Notes under the pieces: generated by a model
Told to the model about the DNA's origin: nothing
The model's database searches: none
Seen by the model: the letters and a program-made list of their open reading frames with translations, nothing else
Made by a program: the position numbers and the translations under genes
NCBI GenBank assembly: GCA_024742455.1
Contig: JANSYL010000012.1
Coordinates: 17,849 to 81,848 of the forward strand
From: Paracoccaceae bacterium
GTDB lineage: Bacteria > Pseudomonadota > Alphaproteobacteria > Rhodobacterales > Rhodobacteraceae
DNA: 64,000 nt
Direction of reading: 5' to 3'
Shown here: positions 33,128-42,290 of the stretch, piece after piece
Layout of the letters: each line of letters starts with the position of its first letter
Numbering within the stretch: position 1 is the first letter of the stretch

Positions 33128-33646
33128 CTAGATCGCTTGCGGGCGCAGGCCGCGCGTCACCCGGTCCAGCAGGTCCTTGGTCATGCCCTGGTCGGGCAGC
33201 GGGATGAAATCGACCCCTGCCGCCTTCAACGCACCCCGCGTCAGCGCGGCGGCATCGGGGTCGCGGTCATCGGCGGGCGTTGCCAGAACGGCGACAGGGC
33301 TCCAGCCTTCGTCGACGACCAGATAATCAACCTCGACGCTGCTGATCCGGCGCAGGGTCGCGGTGACGTCCCGCGCATCTGAATCACGGGTTTCCACCGA
33401 CAGGAATGCGCCCACCGGCATGTCGGCAAAGACGCGGTGGCCCGGCGCCACGGAGTCGATTGCCGCTTCCAGATCGGCAAAGGTGCGGCGCTTGGCGGCG
33501 TCCCACATCGCACGCGGGCGCGACAGCAAACGGCGCGCGGCCCCGGGGGCGGTGCTGCGGCCGATGGGCTGGCGCAGCAGCAGCACGGCCAGCACGATCA
33601 TGGCGGCCAGTGCATATATGACGGATGGGGTGAAGACGAGGGACAT
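33128..33646 (-). CDS. Hypothetical membrane-anchored protein, possibly DUF2726 (restriction-endonuclease-like fold)
   Basis: An N-terminal TM helix is followed by GHRVFADMPVGAFL...RISSVEVDYLVVDEGWSPVAVL, which resembles the DUF2726 core. The similarity is weak and judged by eye. Confidence 0.45.
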   Translation of the reverse strand: MSLVFTPSVIYALAAMIVLAVLLLRQPIGRSTAPGAARRLLSRPRAMWDAAKRRTFADLEAAIDSVAPGHRVFADMPVGAFLSVETRDSDARDVTATLRRISSVEVDYLVVDEGWSPVAVLATPADDRDPDAAALTRGALKAAGVDFIPLPDQGMTKDLLDRVTRGLRPQAI

Positions 33647-33757
33647 GTGAACTCCAACATGGTCGTTTCGTTGGAGACATGTCTCAGCACCAAGCCGAAC
33701 ATTTTTGAGGCAAAGCTGTGAACGCTTCGGGGCCGGCGTGCCGAAACCGGCGACAGT

Positions 33758-34003
33758 CTATTTCTTCTTGCGCTCCATCGCGTCGAGCCGTGCCTTCAGC
33801 ACGTCATTCTCTTCGCGTGCTTTCTGGGCCATCGCGCGCACGGCATCGAACTCCTCGCGCGTCACGAAATCGCGGTCGGCCAGCCAGCGGTCCATCATGG
33901 ACTTGATCGCGGTTTCCGCCTCTTCCCGCGCGCCCTGCGCCACGCCCATGGCGTTGGTCATAAGCTGGCTCAGGTCTTCGACGATCTTGTTGCGATTCTG
34001 CAT
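33758..34003 (-). CDS. Accessory factor UbiK / YqiC (BMFP) family protein
   Basis: This 81-aa coiled-coil protein reads MQNRNKIVEDLSQLMTNAMGVAQGAREE...VTREEFDAVRAMAQKAREEN, typical of the family. The track ORF extension was rejected. Confidence 0.75.
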   Translation of the reverse strand: MQNRNKIVEDLSQLMTNAMGVAQGAREEAETAIKSMMDRWLADRDFVTREEFDAVRAMAQKAREENDVLKARLDAMERKKK

Positions 34004-34112
34004 CGGGCGGCCTCCTGTGTCTTGGCAGATATGGCCCCGGCGGCGCGACCGATCAAGGTTGACTTCGACGCAGGGCATGGCATCCCACACCCGCCCGGTC
34101 CGGAGACCCCCA

Positions 34113-35027
34113 ATGCGCTTCGCCATCCTTTTTCCCGATATCTCGCCCGATCTGTTCGCCATCGCCATCGGCGGGTTCGAGTTCGCCCTGCGCTGGTACG
34201 CGCTGGCCTATATCGCGGGGCTCCTGCTTGGCTGGTGGGTGATTGTGCGTGCCGTCAAACGCGCCGATCTGTGGCCCGACAATACCGCACCGATGCGACC
34301 CGAACAGGTCGAGGGGCTGCTGACCGCGGTGGTCCTTGGCGTCATCATCGGCGGGCGGCTGGGCTTCGTGTTTTTCTACCAGCCTGGCTATTACCTGCAG
34401 AACCCGCTTGAGATTCCGCAGATCTGGCAGGGTGGCATGGCGTTTCACGGCGGTCTGATCGGTGTCGCCGTCGCGGCCTGGCTGTTTTGCCGGTCGAACG
34501 GCATCCGCCCCGTGCATGTGGCCGACGCGATGTCGCTGGTGATCGGGTTCGGCCTGCTGTTCGGGCGGATCGCGAATTTCATCAATGCAGAGCTTTGGGG
34601 CCGGCCCACCGATGCGCCCTGGGGCGTTATCTTTCGCGGCACGCTTGCGCAGGATTGCTCCGGCCCTGTGGGCCTGGTCGAGATCGGCGGCCAGGTGCTG
34701 TGCGCGCGCCACCCCTCGCAGCTTTACGAGGCCGCGCTTGAGGGCGCGTTGCTGCTGATCCTGGCCTTCTACCTCGTCTACCGGCGCGGCTGGTTCAAAA
34801 CGCCCGGTGCAATCACCGGGGTGTTCCTTGCCACCTACGGCATCGGGCGGTTCATCGTCGAACTGGTCCGTCAGCCCAATATCGAATTCGTCACCCCCGA
34901 CAATCCCATCGGCTATGCCATCCTTTTCACGCCCGGGATCGGGGTGACGATGGGTCAGCTCCTGTCGCTGCCGATGATCGCGATCGGTCTGGCGCTGATT
35001 TTGCTCGCCCGACGGCGCGCGGCATGA
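34113..35027 (+). CDS. lgt: Prolipoprotein diacylglyceryl transferase
   Basis: Has the FALRWYALAYIAGLLLG, GGMAFHGGLIG, FGRIANFINAELWGRPTD and HPSQLYEA motifs. The start was set at MRFAILFPD. Confidence 0.93.
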   Translation: MRFAILFPDISPDLFAIAIGGFEFALRWYALAYIAGLLLGWWVIVRAVKRADLWPDNTAPMRPEQVEGLLTAVVLGVIIGGRLGFVFFYQPGYYLQNPLEIPQIWQGGMAFHGGLIGVAVAAWLFCRSNGIRPVHVADAMSLVIGFGLLFGRIANFINAELWGRPTDAPWGVIFRGTLAQDCSGPVGLVEIGGQVLCARHPSQLYEAALEGALLLILAFYLVYRRGWFKTPGAITGVFLATYGIGRFIVELVRQPNIEFVTPDNPIGYAILFTPGIGVTMGQLLSLPMIAIGLALILLARRRAA

Positions 35028-36103
35028 GCCCGCTCGAGGCGCTGATACACGACCAGATCGCCCGCGACGGTCCGCTGAGCGTTGCCGATTACATGACGAT
35101 ATGCCTGTGGCATCCGACGCATGGCTACTACGCCACCCGCGATCCGCTGGGGGCCACCGGCGATTTCATCACCGCGCCCGAGATCAGCCAGATGTATGGC
35201 GAGCTCCTGGGCCTCTGGCTGCTGGCGGTCTGGCAGGATCAGGGTGCGCCCGACCCGTTCATCCTGTGCGAGCTTGGCGCCGGGCGCGGCACGCTGTTGC
35301 GCGACGCGCTGCGCGCTACACGGCAGGTGCCCGAGTTTCACCTCGCCATGCGGCTGCATCTTGTCGAAGGTTCCGCCGTGCTGCGCGCCGCGCAGGAAGA
35401 TGCCGCCGCGCCGATGATCCCCGTCTTCCACCACGAGGTTGCGGACCTGCCGGATGGGCCGCTGTTCCTGATCGCCAATGAATTCTTCGATGCCCTGCCG
35501 GTCCGCCAGTTCCAGCGCGGCAGACAAGGCTGGCACGAACGCCGGATCGGCGTGGTGGACGGGGCGCTGGCCTGGGGGCTCGGGCCGGAAACACCGATGC
35601 CCGCGCTCGCGGACAGGCTGGACGATACCGTTCCGGGCCAGATCGTCGAACAATCGCGGGCGGGTGAAGCGGTGATGGCCGAGATCGGCGCCCGCATAGC
35701 CGATCATGGCGGTGCGGCCCTGATCGTGGACTACGGCGACTGGATCAGCCGGGGCGACACGTTGCAGGCCGTCCGCCAGCATGCCTTTGCCGATCCGCTG
35801 GCCGATCCGGGCCTGGCCGACCTGACCGCCCATGTGGCCTTTGCCCCGCTGGGCGAAGCAGCGCATCCGGCGCGCGCGCTGCCCCTGACGCAGCAGGGTA
35901 CGGTTCTGGAACGGCTCGGCATCACCGCCCGCGCGCAGGCTCTGGCACATCACATGGACGGACCGGCCCTGGCCGATCATGTCGCGGCGCACAGACGGTT
36001 GACGCATCCCGACGCCATGGGCCACCTTTTCAAGATGCTGGCGGTGGTGCCGCCCGACGCCCCGACGCCCCCCGGTTTCAACGATCAGGACCCCCTGCCA
36101 TGA
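35024..36103 (+). CDS. Class I SAM-dependent methyltransferase, DUF185 / NDUFAF7 (MidA)-like
   Basis: GDFITAPEISQMYGELLG and ELGAGRGTL are the hallmark motifs. It overlaps both lgt and the downstream gene by 4 nt. Confidence 0.85.
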   Translation: MSPLEALIHDQIARDGPLSVADYMTICLWHPTHGYYATRDPLGATGDFITAPEISQMYGELLGLWLLAVWQDQGAPDPFILCELGAGRGTLLRDALRATRQVPEFHLAMRLHLVEGSAVLRAAQEDAAAPMIPVFHHEVADLPDGPLFLIANEFFDALPVRQFQRGRQGWHERRIGVVDGALAWGLGPETPMPALADRLDDTVPGQIVEQSRAGEAVMAEIGARIADHGGAALIVDYGDWISRGDTLQAVRQHAFADPLADPGLADLTAHVAFAPLGEAAHPARALPLTQQGTVLERLGITARAQALAHHMDGPALADHVAAHRRLTHPDAMGHLFKMLAVVPPDAPTPPGFNDQDPLP

Positions 36104-36870
36104 ATGCGGTCACGCTCAGCCTGGATATCCTGACATCCCCCCTGCTCGACGGGGTCCGGCACGGGTTCTTCAGCCGCCGCGGCGGCGCGTCCTCGGGCAT
36201 TTTCGCCGGGCTGAATTGTGGGGGCGGGTCGTCGGACCAATCGGCCATCGTCGAGATGAACCGCAGCCGCGTCGCCGAGGCGATGGGCGTCGACCTGCAC
36301 CACCTCGTTACTGTGCACCAGACCCATTCCGCCGACGCGGTCACCGTGGACGGACCGCTTGCCGACAAGCCCAAGGCCGACGGTATCGTCACCGCGACGC
36401 CCGGCGTGGCCCTGGCGGTTCTGACCGCCGATTGCCAGCCTGTGCTGATGGCGGACCACGATGCGGGCGTCATCGGGGCTGCGCATGCCGGGTGGCGGGG
36501 CGCGGTCGACGGCGTGCTCGAAGCGACGCTTGGTGCGATGGAAAGCCTCGGCGCGCGGCGCGACCGGATCCATGCCGTCATCGGCCCCACCATCAGCCAG
36601 GCCAATTACGAGGTCGGCGAAGAGTTCTTCGATCGTTTCATGACCGAGGACCCCGCCAACGGGCGGTTCTTCATCCATGGTGCCGGCGGCAAGTTCCTGT
36701 TCGACCTGCCCAGCTATGGCCTGATGCGGCTGCGGGCCGCCGGTGTGGCCGAGGCGGAATGGATCGGGCGCTGCACCTATGGCGATGCCGACCAGTTCTT
36801 TTCCTATCGCCGGTCCGTCCATCAGGGTGAGGCCGATTACGGGCGCCTGATTTCGGTGATTCGCCTTTAG
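36100..36870 (+). CDS. pgeF: Peptidoglycan editing factor PgeF (YfiH / DUF152, laccase-domain protein)
   Basis: Has the VHQTHS, TADCQPVL, AHAGWRG and CTY...FFSYRR motifs. Confidence 0.88.
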   Translation: MNAVTLSLDILTSPLLDGVRHGFFSRRGGASSGIFAGLNCGGGSSDQSAIVEMNRSRVAEAMGVDLHHLVTVHQTHSADAVTVDGPLADKPKADGIVTATPGVALAVLTADCQPVLMADHDAGVIGAAHAGWRGAVDGVLEATLGAMESLGARRDRIHAVIGPTISQANYEVGEEFFDRFMTEDPANGRFFIHGAGGKFLFDLPSYGLMRLRAAGVAEAEWIGRCTYGDADQFFSYRRSVHQGEADYGRLISVIRL

Positions 36871-37155
36871 GCCCTGTCGATCCCGGAAGGATGGCCGACT
36901 GCGTGACCCTGCGCGCGGCGATTCTGGCGGCTTTCGGGCCGGCCTTGCCCAAGGCTTGCCCGATTTCCGCGCGCCCCCGGCGAGAGGTCCAGCAGGCACA
37001 GCCTGCAGACCATCCGGGGCTGCCCCAGATTCGCCGCAAAGATTCACCGCGCATTAGCGATCTTGCCGTATCCCTGCCGGAAACCCGGTGCAGGTTTGGT
37101 GCAAAGGCGGCCTCGTCGCCGCATCGCCATCAACCGGCCGGAAAGGACACGGGCA

Positions 37156-37287
37156 ATGAAAACGCGACGCTGGATGAAAACGATCCTGGCCGAAGCCAAG
37201 AAAGAGCAGAAAGAAATGCCCTGGACCCGCGCAAGGCGGGCCAAGCGCCGGGTGGCAAAGCCTGTCCGGCTCAGCGCGGCCGAATAA
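37156..37287 (+). CDS. Hypothetical 43-aa highly basic protein, below the ORF-track size cutoff as a stand-alone ORF
   Basis: The ATG is preceded by GGAAAGGA at about 8 nt. The ORF reads MKTRRWMKTILAEAKKEQKEMPWTRARRAKRRVAKPVRLSAAE. A hairpin with a T-run follows 27 nt after the stop. Confidence 0.4.
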   Translation: MKTRRWMKTILAEAKKEQKEMPWTRARRAKRRVAKPVRLSAAE

Positions 37288-37313
37288 GCCGCCCGCAGAT
37301 CACGCTTGTAGGG

Positions 37314-37345
37314 GGCGGCCAGAACGGCCGCCTTTGCCCTTTTTG
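37314..37345 (+). terminator. Rho-independent terminator after the 43-aa ORF
   Basis: The stem GGCGGCC/GGCCGCC has an AGAAC loop and is followed by TTTGCCCTTTTTG. Confidence 0.55.
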
Positions 37346-37355
37346 CGAACAAGGC

Positions 37356-39389
37356 TCAGGCAAACAGGTCGATCTCGGTTTCCAGGGCCGCGATCAGCGG
37401 CGCGAGGTCGGTCTCATAGGCCCGCCATCCCGCGACGGCTTGCCGGCCGATGGGCTGGCGGACCTGCGCAAAGCTCAGCGTTTCGACCCGGCGGCCGGAT
37501 TTCTCGGGCGCAAGGCAGGCATCCTCCCAATCGAGCCCCGCAAACGCGACCAGATCCCGGATCACCGGCTCGGGCTCTGCGGTTAACGCCTCGTAGCTGA
37601 TCCGCATGACCCGGTCGGGCAGCGCATCCGCCCAGAACGCCACCAGTGCATCATGGAGCCGGATGTATCGGCCGATGGTCGCCAGATCAGTGGCATACCG
37701 ATGGGAGCCGGGGGCGAACATGTTGCGGTAGATCGACCAGCCGACATCGCGCGGATCGCGGTCGAGGATCACGAACCGCGCCCCGGGCAACGCGGTTGCC
37801 GCATGACCGACCCGCGAAAAGGTGGAAATCGCCTTGTCGGTGAACAGGGTCCCGCCCGCCCGCCGACGCCCCGCCGCAAGATATCGGGCACCGGCCGCCG
37901 CGAAGGCGCCAGGATCGGGGACACCGGCGCGCAAACCCTCAAGTGCGGGGGCCAGGGCGCGGTTCAGGAACGGCATCTCGCCACCCGCCGCCACACCCGA
38001 ATGCGCCGCCAGGATGGTCTCGACCAGTGTCGTACCCGACCGCGGCAGGCCGGTGACAAAGAACACCGGGTCGCTCGGCGCTTCGGGCGCGATGGACTGC
38101 AGGACCGGCCAATCGGCCACCAGCGCCCGTGCGGCGGCAAGGTCGGCATCGAAGGAATAGCCGAATTCCGAGGCCATCAGGCGGTTGGCACGATGCACGT
38201 GATCGATCACCGCCTCGCGCCGTTTCAGCCCCTCCATCGCCTTGGCGGCAGCGAAGTTCAGGATCCGGCGATCGGCGACGGGCAGATCCGCGCGCCCCGC
38301 CTGCGTCAGAAGCTGATCGAGCAACGGGTCACCCTCGGACAGCTTGCGGCTGGACACCTGCGACAGATAGGCGGGCGCATGGCCGGGATGGGCCGCGATC
38401 ACATCGTCGAGGATCGCGGCAGCACGGTCGAATGCCCCGTCCGATTGCAGATGCGCCGCCAGCTGCGTCAGCAACCGGGGATCGCCCGGGAACTGCGCCA
38501 GCCCAAGCTCCAGCGCCCGGGGCATGGCCGCCGCCGCGCCCGCACCCTGCAGGCCCCGGGCCAGATCGAGCGACAAGGCCACGGGGTCGGCGCCCGCCGA
38601 AATCGCACGCGTTGCGGCCTCCAGCGCGGCGTCGACATGCCCGCGCGCCGCCTCGGCCAGCGCCAGTTCGGCCGCCAGCGCGGCGCTGGCTGCGTCATCG
38701 CCGAGCACCGCCACCGCCTCGTCAAAGCGCAGGCCCTCGCGCAGGAGCCGCGCCAGCGCCAGCCGCGCGCGCGATGATGACCCGGCAAGCGGGCGCAACA
38801 GCGCCTCGGCCCGCGAAGGCTGATCGAGACGGGCGAGGCATTGGCCGAGTGCGAGTGCCGCTTCGGCATGGTGGGGGTCGCGCGCATTGGCTGCCTCCAA
38901 TGCACCCAGCGCCCCGGCCCAGTTGCCACGCGTCAGCCTTGCCTGGCCCAGGGCGAAGACCGGCCAGAATGCCTGCGGCGCCTGTTTGACCAGCGCCAGC
39001 GCCGCCGCTTCGGCCTTTGCCGGGTCCCGGGCAAGACCGGCGAGGATCGGCGCCGCCTCGGCCTCGGTGCCCAGAACGATGCCGGCCTTCGCGGCCTCGC
39101 GCGCCAGCTTCTTCGCCGCCCCGCCGCGCAGCACCGCGACCAGCGCCTGCCAGATCGCCGCCTCGCCGGGCTTGAGCGCAAGCGCCTTGCGCAGCGCCGC
39201 CTCGGCCTTGTCGGTATGGCCGGCCTCGGCATGGATGCGACCGATCTGGAAATGCACTTCCGCCAGCTTCGGCTGTGCCAACAGGATCCGCTGGTGAATC
39301 GTCAGCGCCTCCGCCCCCTTGCCCTGCTTTTGCAGGTCGAGGGCGCGCGCGTAGAGCGGTTTGATATCGGTGGTCTTGGGGGGCAACAT
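37356..39389 (-). CDS. Tetratricopeptide-repeat-containing sulfotransferase family protein
   Basis: The N-terminal 400 aa or so are Ala/Leu-rich TPR-like repeats. The C-terminal domain carries a PAPS 5'-phosphosulfate loop (GLPRSGTTL) and a 3'-phosphate motif (RDPRDVGWS). Confidence 0.8.
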   Translation of the reverse strand: MLPPKTTDIKPLYARALDLQKQGKGAEALTIHQRILLAQPKLAEVHFQIGRIHAEAGHTDKAEAALRKALALKPGEAAIWQALVAVLRGGAAKKLAREAAKAGIVLGTEAEAAPILAGLARDPAKAEAAALALVKQAPQAFWPVFALGQARLTRGNWAGALGALEAANARDPHHAEAALALGQCLARLDQPSRAEALLRPLAGSSSRARLALARLLREGLRFDEAVAVLGDDAASAALAAELALAEAARGHVDAALEAATRAISAGADPVALSLDLARGLQGAGAAAAMPRALELGLAQFPGDPRLLTQLAAHLQSDGAFDRAAAILDDVIAAHPGHAPAYLSQVSSRKLSEGDPLLDQLLTQAGRADLPVADRRILNFAAAKAMEGLKRREAVIDHVHRANRLMASEFGYSFDADLAAARALVADWPVLQSIAPEAPSDPVFFVTGLPRSGTTLVETILAAHSGVAAGGEMPFLNRALAPALEGLRAGVPDPGAFAAAGARYLAAGRRRAGGTLFTDKAISTFSRVGHAATALPGARFVILDRDPRDVGWSIYRNMFAPGSHRYATDLATIGRYIRLHDALVAFWADALPDRVMRISYEALTAEPEPVIRDLVAFAGLDWEDACLAPEKSGRRVETLSFAQVRQPIGRQAVAGWRAYETDLAPLIAALETEIDLFA

Positions 39390-39392
39390 CGC

Positions 39393-39893
39393 TCAGGCCG
39401 TCTGGCTCAGCCGCGCCTCCATCACGTCGAACGGAACCCCCGGCGCGTCCTTGGCGGCGCGGATCACCAGCGAGGTGCGCACGCTGGCCACGTTCGGAGC
39501 CGAGGTCAGATGCCCGGTCAGAAAGCTCTGGAAACTCGACAGGTCGGGGGCCACGCATTTCAGGATGAAATCGATCTCGCCATTGAGCATGTGACACTCG
39601 CGCACCAGCGGCCAGCCCCGGCACAGATCCTCGAAGGCAACGAGGTCGGCCTCGGCCTGGCTATGCAGCCCCACCATGGCGAAAACCTGCACTTCGAATC
39701 CCAGCATCCGGGGGTCGATCTCGGCATGGTAGCCACGGATGAAGCCCGCCTCTTCCAGCGTACGGACCCGGCGCAGGCAGGGCGGCGCGGAAATGCCGAC
39801 GCGCTTGGCCAGTTCGACATTGGTCATCCGGCCGTCGTCTTGCAATTCGGCGAGGATTTTGCGGTCTATATCGTCCAGCCGCGTATGGGCCAT
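39393..39893 (-). CDS. Lrp/AsnC family transcriptional regulator
   Basis: [47 protein letters not shown] is the HTH segment, followed by a RAM domain. Its stop lies 3 nt before the sulfotransferase ATG. Confidence 0.9.
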   Translation of the reverse strand: MAHTRLDDIDRKILAELQDDGRMTNVELAKRVGISAPPCLRRVRTLEEAGFIRGYHAEIDPRMLGFEVQVFAMVGLHSQAEADLVAFEDLCRGWPLVRECHMLNGEIDFILKCVAPDLSSFQSFLTGHLTSAPNVASVRTSLVIRAAKDAPGVPFDVMEARLSQTA

Positions 39894-40058
39894 CCCCGAT
39901 CTCCCCTTGAATTTGCGAAAGCTATAGCAGACTGGGGCTTGCGCGCAATATTGTTTCGCGCTGACGCAACATCCTTTCGGTGCCTCCCGGAACGGCCCAT
40001 GCCCCTTTCGCCCCCCGCCCACCCGGCCTATATCGGGCGAACGACAAGGAGGTGCCCG

Positions 40059-41054
40059 ATGACCGATACCCGCCACACCCGTGTCCTGATCATCGGCTCC
40101 GGCCCGGCAGGCTATACCGCCGCGGTCTACGCGTCGCGCGCGATGCTGGAACCGGTCCTTGTGCAGGGCATCCAGCCGGGCGGGCAATTGACCATCACCA
40201 CCGATGTCGAGAACTGGCCGGGCGATACCACCGTCATGGGGCCCGACCTGATGGTGCGGATGGAAGCCCATGCCAGGGAGATGGGCACCGAGATCATTTC
40301 CGACCATATCATGTCGCTCGACCTCGGGGCCCGGCCCTTCGTGGCGCAGGGCGACAGCGGCACCACCTACACCGCCGATGCCGTGATCCTCGCCACTGGG
40401 GCGCAGGCCAAATGGCTGGGCCTGCCGTCAGAGGAACATTTCAAGGGCTTCGGCGTCTCGGCCTGCGCCACCTGCGACGGGTTTTTCTATCGGGGCAAAG
40501 AAATCGTCGTGGTCGGCGGCGGCAACACGGCGGTGGAAGAGGCTCTGTTCCTGACCAATTTCGCCTCGAAGGTCACGCTGGTCCATCGCCGCGACAGCCT
40601 GCGGGCCGAAAAGATCATGCAGGACCGGCTGTTCAAGAACCCCAAGGTCGAGGTGGTGTGGAACCACACGGTCGAGGAAGTCGTCGGCGCACAGGAACCC
40701 CGAGGCGTGGAAGGTGTCGTCATCAGGCATGTCGACACCGGCGAGACGACTACCATCCCCTGCGCCGGGTTCTTCGTCGCCATCGGCCATGCCCCTGCGA
40801 CCGAGTTGGTCAAGGATCAGCTGGAGCTGCACAATGGCGGCTATGTGAAGGTCGAGGCGGGCACCACCCGTACCTCGATCCCCGGTGTCTTTGCAGCCGG
40901 CGACCTGACCGACCACATCTATCGTCAGGCCGTTACCAGCGCAGGCATGGGATGCATGGCGGCGCTCGATGCGGAGAAATGGCTGGCCGAACAGGAGGGG
41001 GAAACCCCGGCCGAAGCGGCCGCCTATGCCGCGCCGGTGGACGCAGCCGAATAG
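40059..41054 (+). CDS. trxB: Thioredoxin-disulfide reductase
   Basis: Has the [12 protein letters not shown] motif, the redox-active CATCDG motif, and [12 protein letters not shown]. The ATG is preceded by AAGGAGG. The long track extension upstream was rejected. Confidence 0.93.
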   Translation: MTDTRHTRVLIIGSGPAGYTAAVYASRAMLEPVLVQGIQPGGQLTITTDVENWPGDTTVMGPDLMVRMEAHAREMGTEIISDHIMSLDLGARPFVAQGDSGTTYTADAVILATGAQAKWLGLPSEEHFKGFGVSACATCDGFFYRGKEIVVVGGGNTAVEEALFLTNFASKVTLVHRRDSLRAEKIMQDRLFKNPKVEVVWNHTVEEVVGAQEPRGVEGVVIRHVDTGETTTIPCAGFFVAIGHAPATELVKDQLELHNGGYVKVEAGTTRTSIPGVFAAGDLTDHIYRQAVTSAGMGCMAALDAEKWLAEQEGETPAEAAAYAAPVDAAE

Positions 41055-41064
41055 CCCCTTTCGT

Positions 41065-42138
41065 TCAGGCCGGTCGCGGCCGACGGAAAGCCCAGCGGAA
41101 ACGGAGCACGACACGGGGCATGGCCCGTGCCGCGACGGGCAACCGGACCTGACCAAGCGATGCGACCGCCCCTGCGATGGCGTCCATGTCATCCCGCAGG
41201 CCCGAAACGGCACGCCCGGTCCTTGCGGCCAGCCACTCCACCGTTTCTGGCAGGATGTCATCGAAATCACCCTCGCGGGCGACGGGCCGTGCGGCGGGGT
41301 CGTCCGGTGGTTCGGCCATGTCCCAGCCCATCCGGTCCAGCGCCCAGTCGCGCATCCGGTCGGCAGCGGCCCGCGCAGGGGCCAGAAGCGGCGGCGCCAC
41401 GGCGAAACGGGGACCGGGCAGATCGCTTAGCGCGGTCAGGATCGGGGCGTCGGTCGCCTGCCAGGCCGGAACCCGGCGGCGGTATTGCACCAACAGGCGC
41501 ATCGCCTCGCCCGCCAGGCCCGGGTTGTTGTCGCGCGCCGACGGCAGGGACCCGAGGCCGCACAGGCCGGCGAGATCGGCAACCACCGACCCCCCGGGCA
41601 GGTGGCGCCGGTCATAGGGCCGGAAGGCCACGTTTTCCTTGCCCAGTATATCCTCCCACCCAGCGGCGGCCCGGTCGAATGTCAACATCGGCGCGCGGTG
41701 CAGGTCATCCAGCGGGATGTGGCGCGTTTTCATGCGCTGCTGAAAGCTCGAGACCATGAACGAGGCAGGCGGGCGCACGTAGGCCACGGCTTGCACGTGA
41801 TCGGCATGGGACCGGGCCAGATCGACCAGCGCCCGGATCGACGGCTTGCCAAGGCGGAACAACCTCTCCCCCGACATCACGCCGCGCGGCGCATCGCAGG
41901 CGGCCAGCGCGCGGTCGATCGCCGCGACGGCCTGTTCGGGGCTGCGCGCGCCCGGATGCATGCGCCATGCCTCGGACGGAGCGTTTGGGTGAAAGGCCAG
42001 CCGCACGACGTTCGACGCATTGGGAATGACCGGCGCGACAAAGGCCCAGTCCGGCCCGGCACGCGCGCGGGCGAGCGCGGCCTGCACCGCGGTCGAGCCG
42101 GTCTTGTTCATGCCGATATGCAGGATCAGGGCGCGCAT
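41065..42138 (-). CDS. Hypothetical protein with a sulfotransferase-like N-terminal domain
   Basis: LHIGMNKTGSTAVQ resembles a PAPS 5'-PSB loop, and YVRPPASFMVSSFQQ resembles the 3'-PB R-x-P-x5-S motif. I could not assign the C-terminal 150 aa or so. Confidence 0.5.
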   Translation of the reverse strand: MRALILHIGMNKTGSTAVQAALARARAGPDWAFVAPVIPNASNVVRLAFHPNAPSEAWRMHPGARSPEQAVAAIDRALAACDAPRGVMSGERLFRLGKPSIRALVDLARSHADHVQAVAYVRPPASFMVSSFQQRMKTRHIPLDDLHRAPMLTFDRAAAGWEDILGKENVAFRPYDRRHLPGGSVVADLAGLCGLGSLPSARDNNPGLAGEAMRLLVQYRRRVPAWQATDAPILTALSDLPGPRFAVAPPLLAPARAAADRMRDWALDRMGWDMAEPPDDPAARPVAREGDFDDILPETVEWLAARTGRAVSGLRDDMDAIAGAVASLGQVRLPVAARAMPRVVLRFRWAFRRPRPA

Positions 42139-42182
42139 GGGGCCAGCCTGTGCCTGTCCCGCTGACCGCTGCGTTAACGGCG

Positions 42183-42217
42183 CGGGGCAAAGTGCCGGGC
42201 TTTTGCCCCGGTTTTTG
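42183..42217 (+). other. Terminator-like hairpin with T-run inside a divergent promoter region
   Basis: The stem CGGGGCAAA/TTTGCCCCG has a 10-nt loop and is followed by GTTTTTG. There is no plus-strand gene upstream to terminate. Confidence 0.3.
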
Positions 42218-42232
42218 TTCCAATTTGAACAA
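42215..42232. promoter_or_regulatory. Candidate operator palindrome TTGTTC-N6-GAACAA
   Basis: Read directly from the sequence. It shares the TGTTC/GAACA half-sites with the second palindrome about 47 bp downstream. Confidence 0.4.
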
Positions 42233-42262
42233 ACCCCTTCCCAGACGGGCCCCCCTGATGTA

Positions 42263-42278
42263 TGTTCAATATTGAACA
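42263..42278. promoter_or_regulatory. Candidate operator: perfect 16-bp palindrome TGTTCAATATTGAACA
   Basis: Read directly from the sequence. It ends 12 nt before the ATG at 42291 of the winged-helix/PAPS-synthase ORF. Confidence 0.45.
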
Positions 42279-42290
42279 GAAACTTGCGCC

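Noticed and set aside
38841-40058. The N-terminal 406-codon extension of the trxB ORF. Similar long 5' extensions exist for the cobT, cobS, lgt, lrp, MORN, hsp20 and NUDIX ORFs.
   Set aside because: In each case the extension overlaps a well-supported gene on the other strand and lacks homology. The conserved protein begins at an internal ATG or GTG, often preceded by a Shine-Dalgarno sequence.
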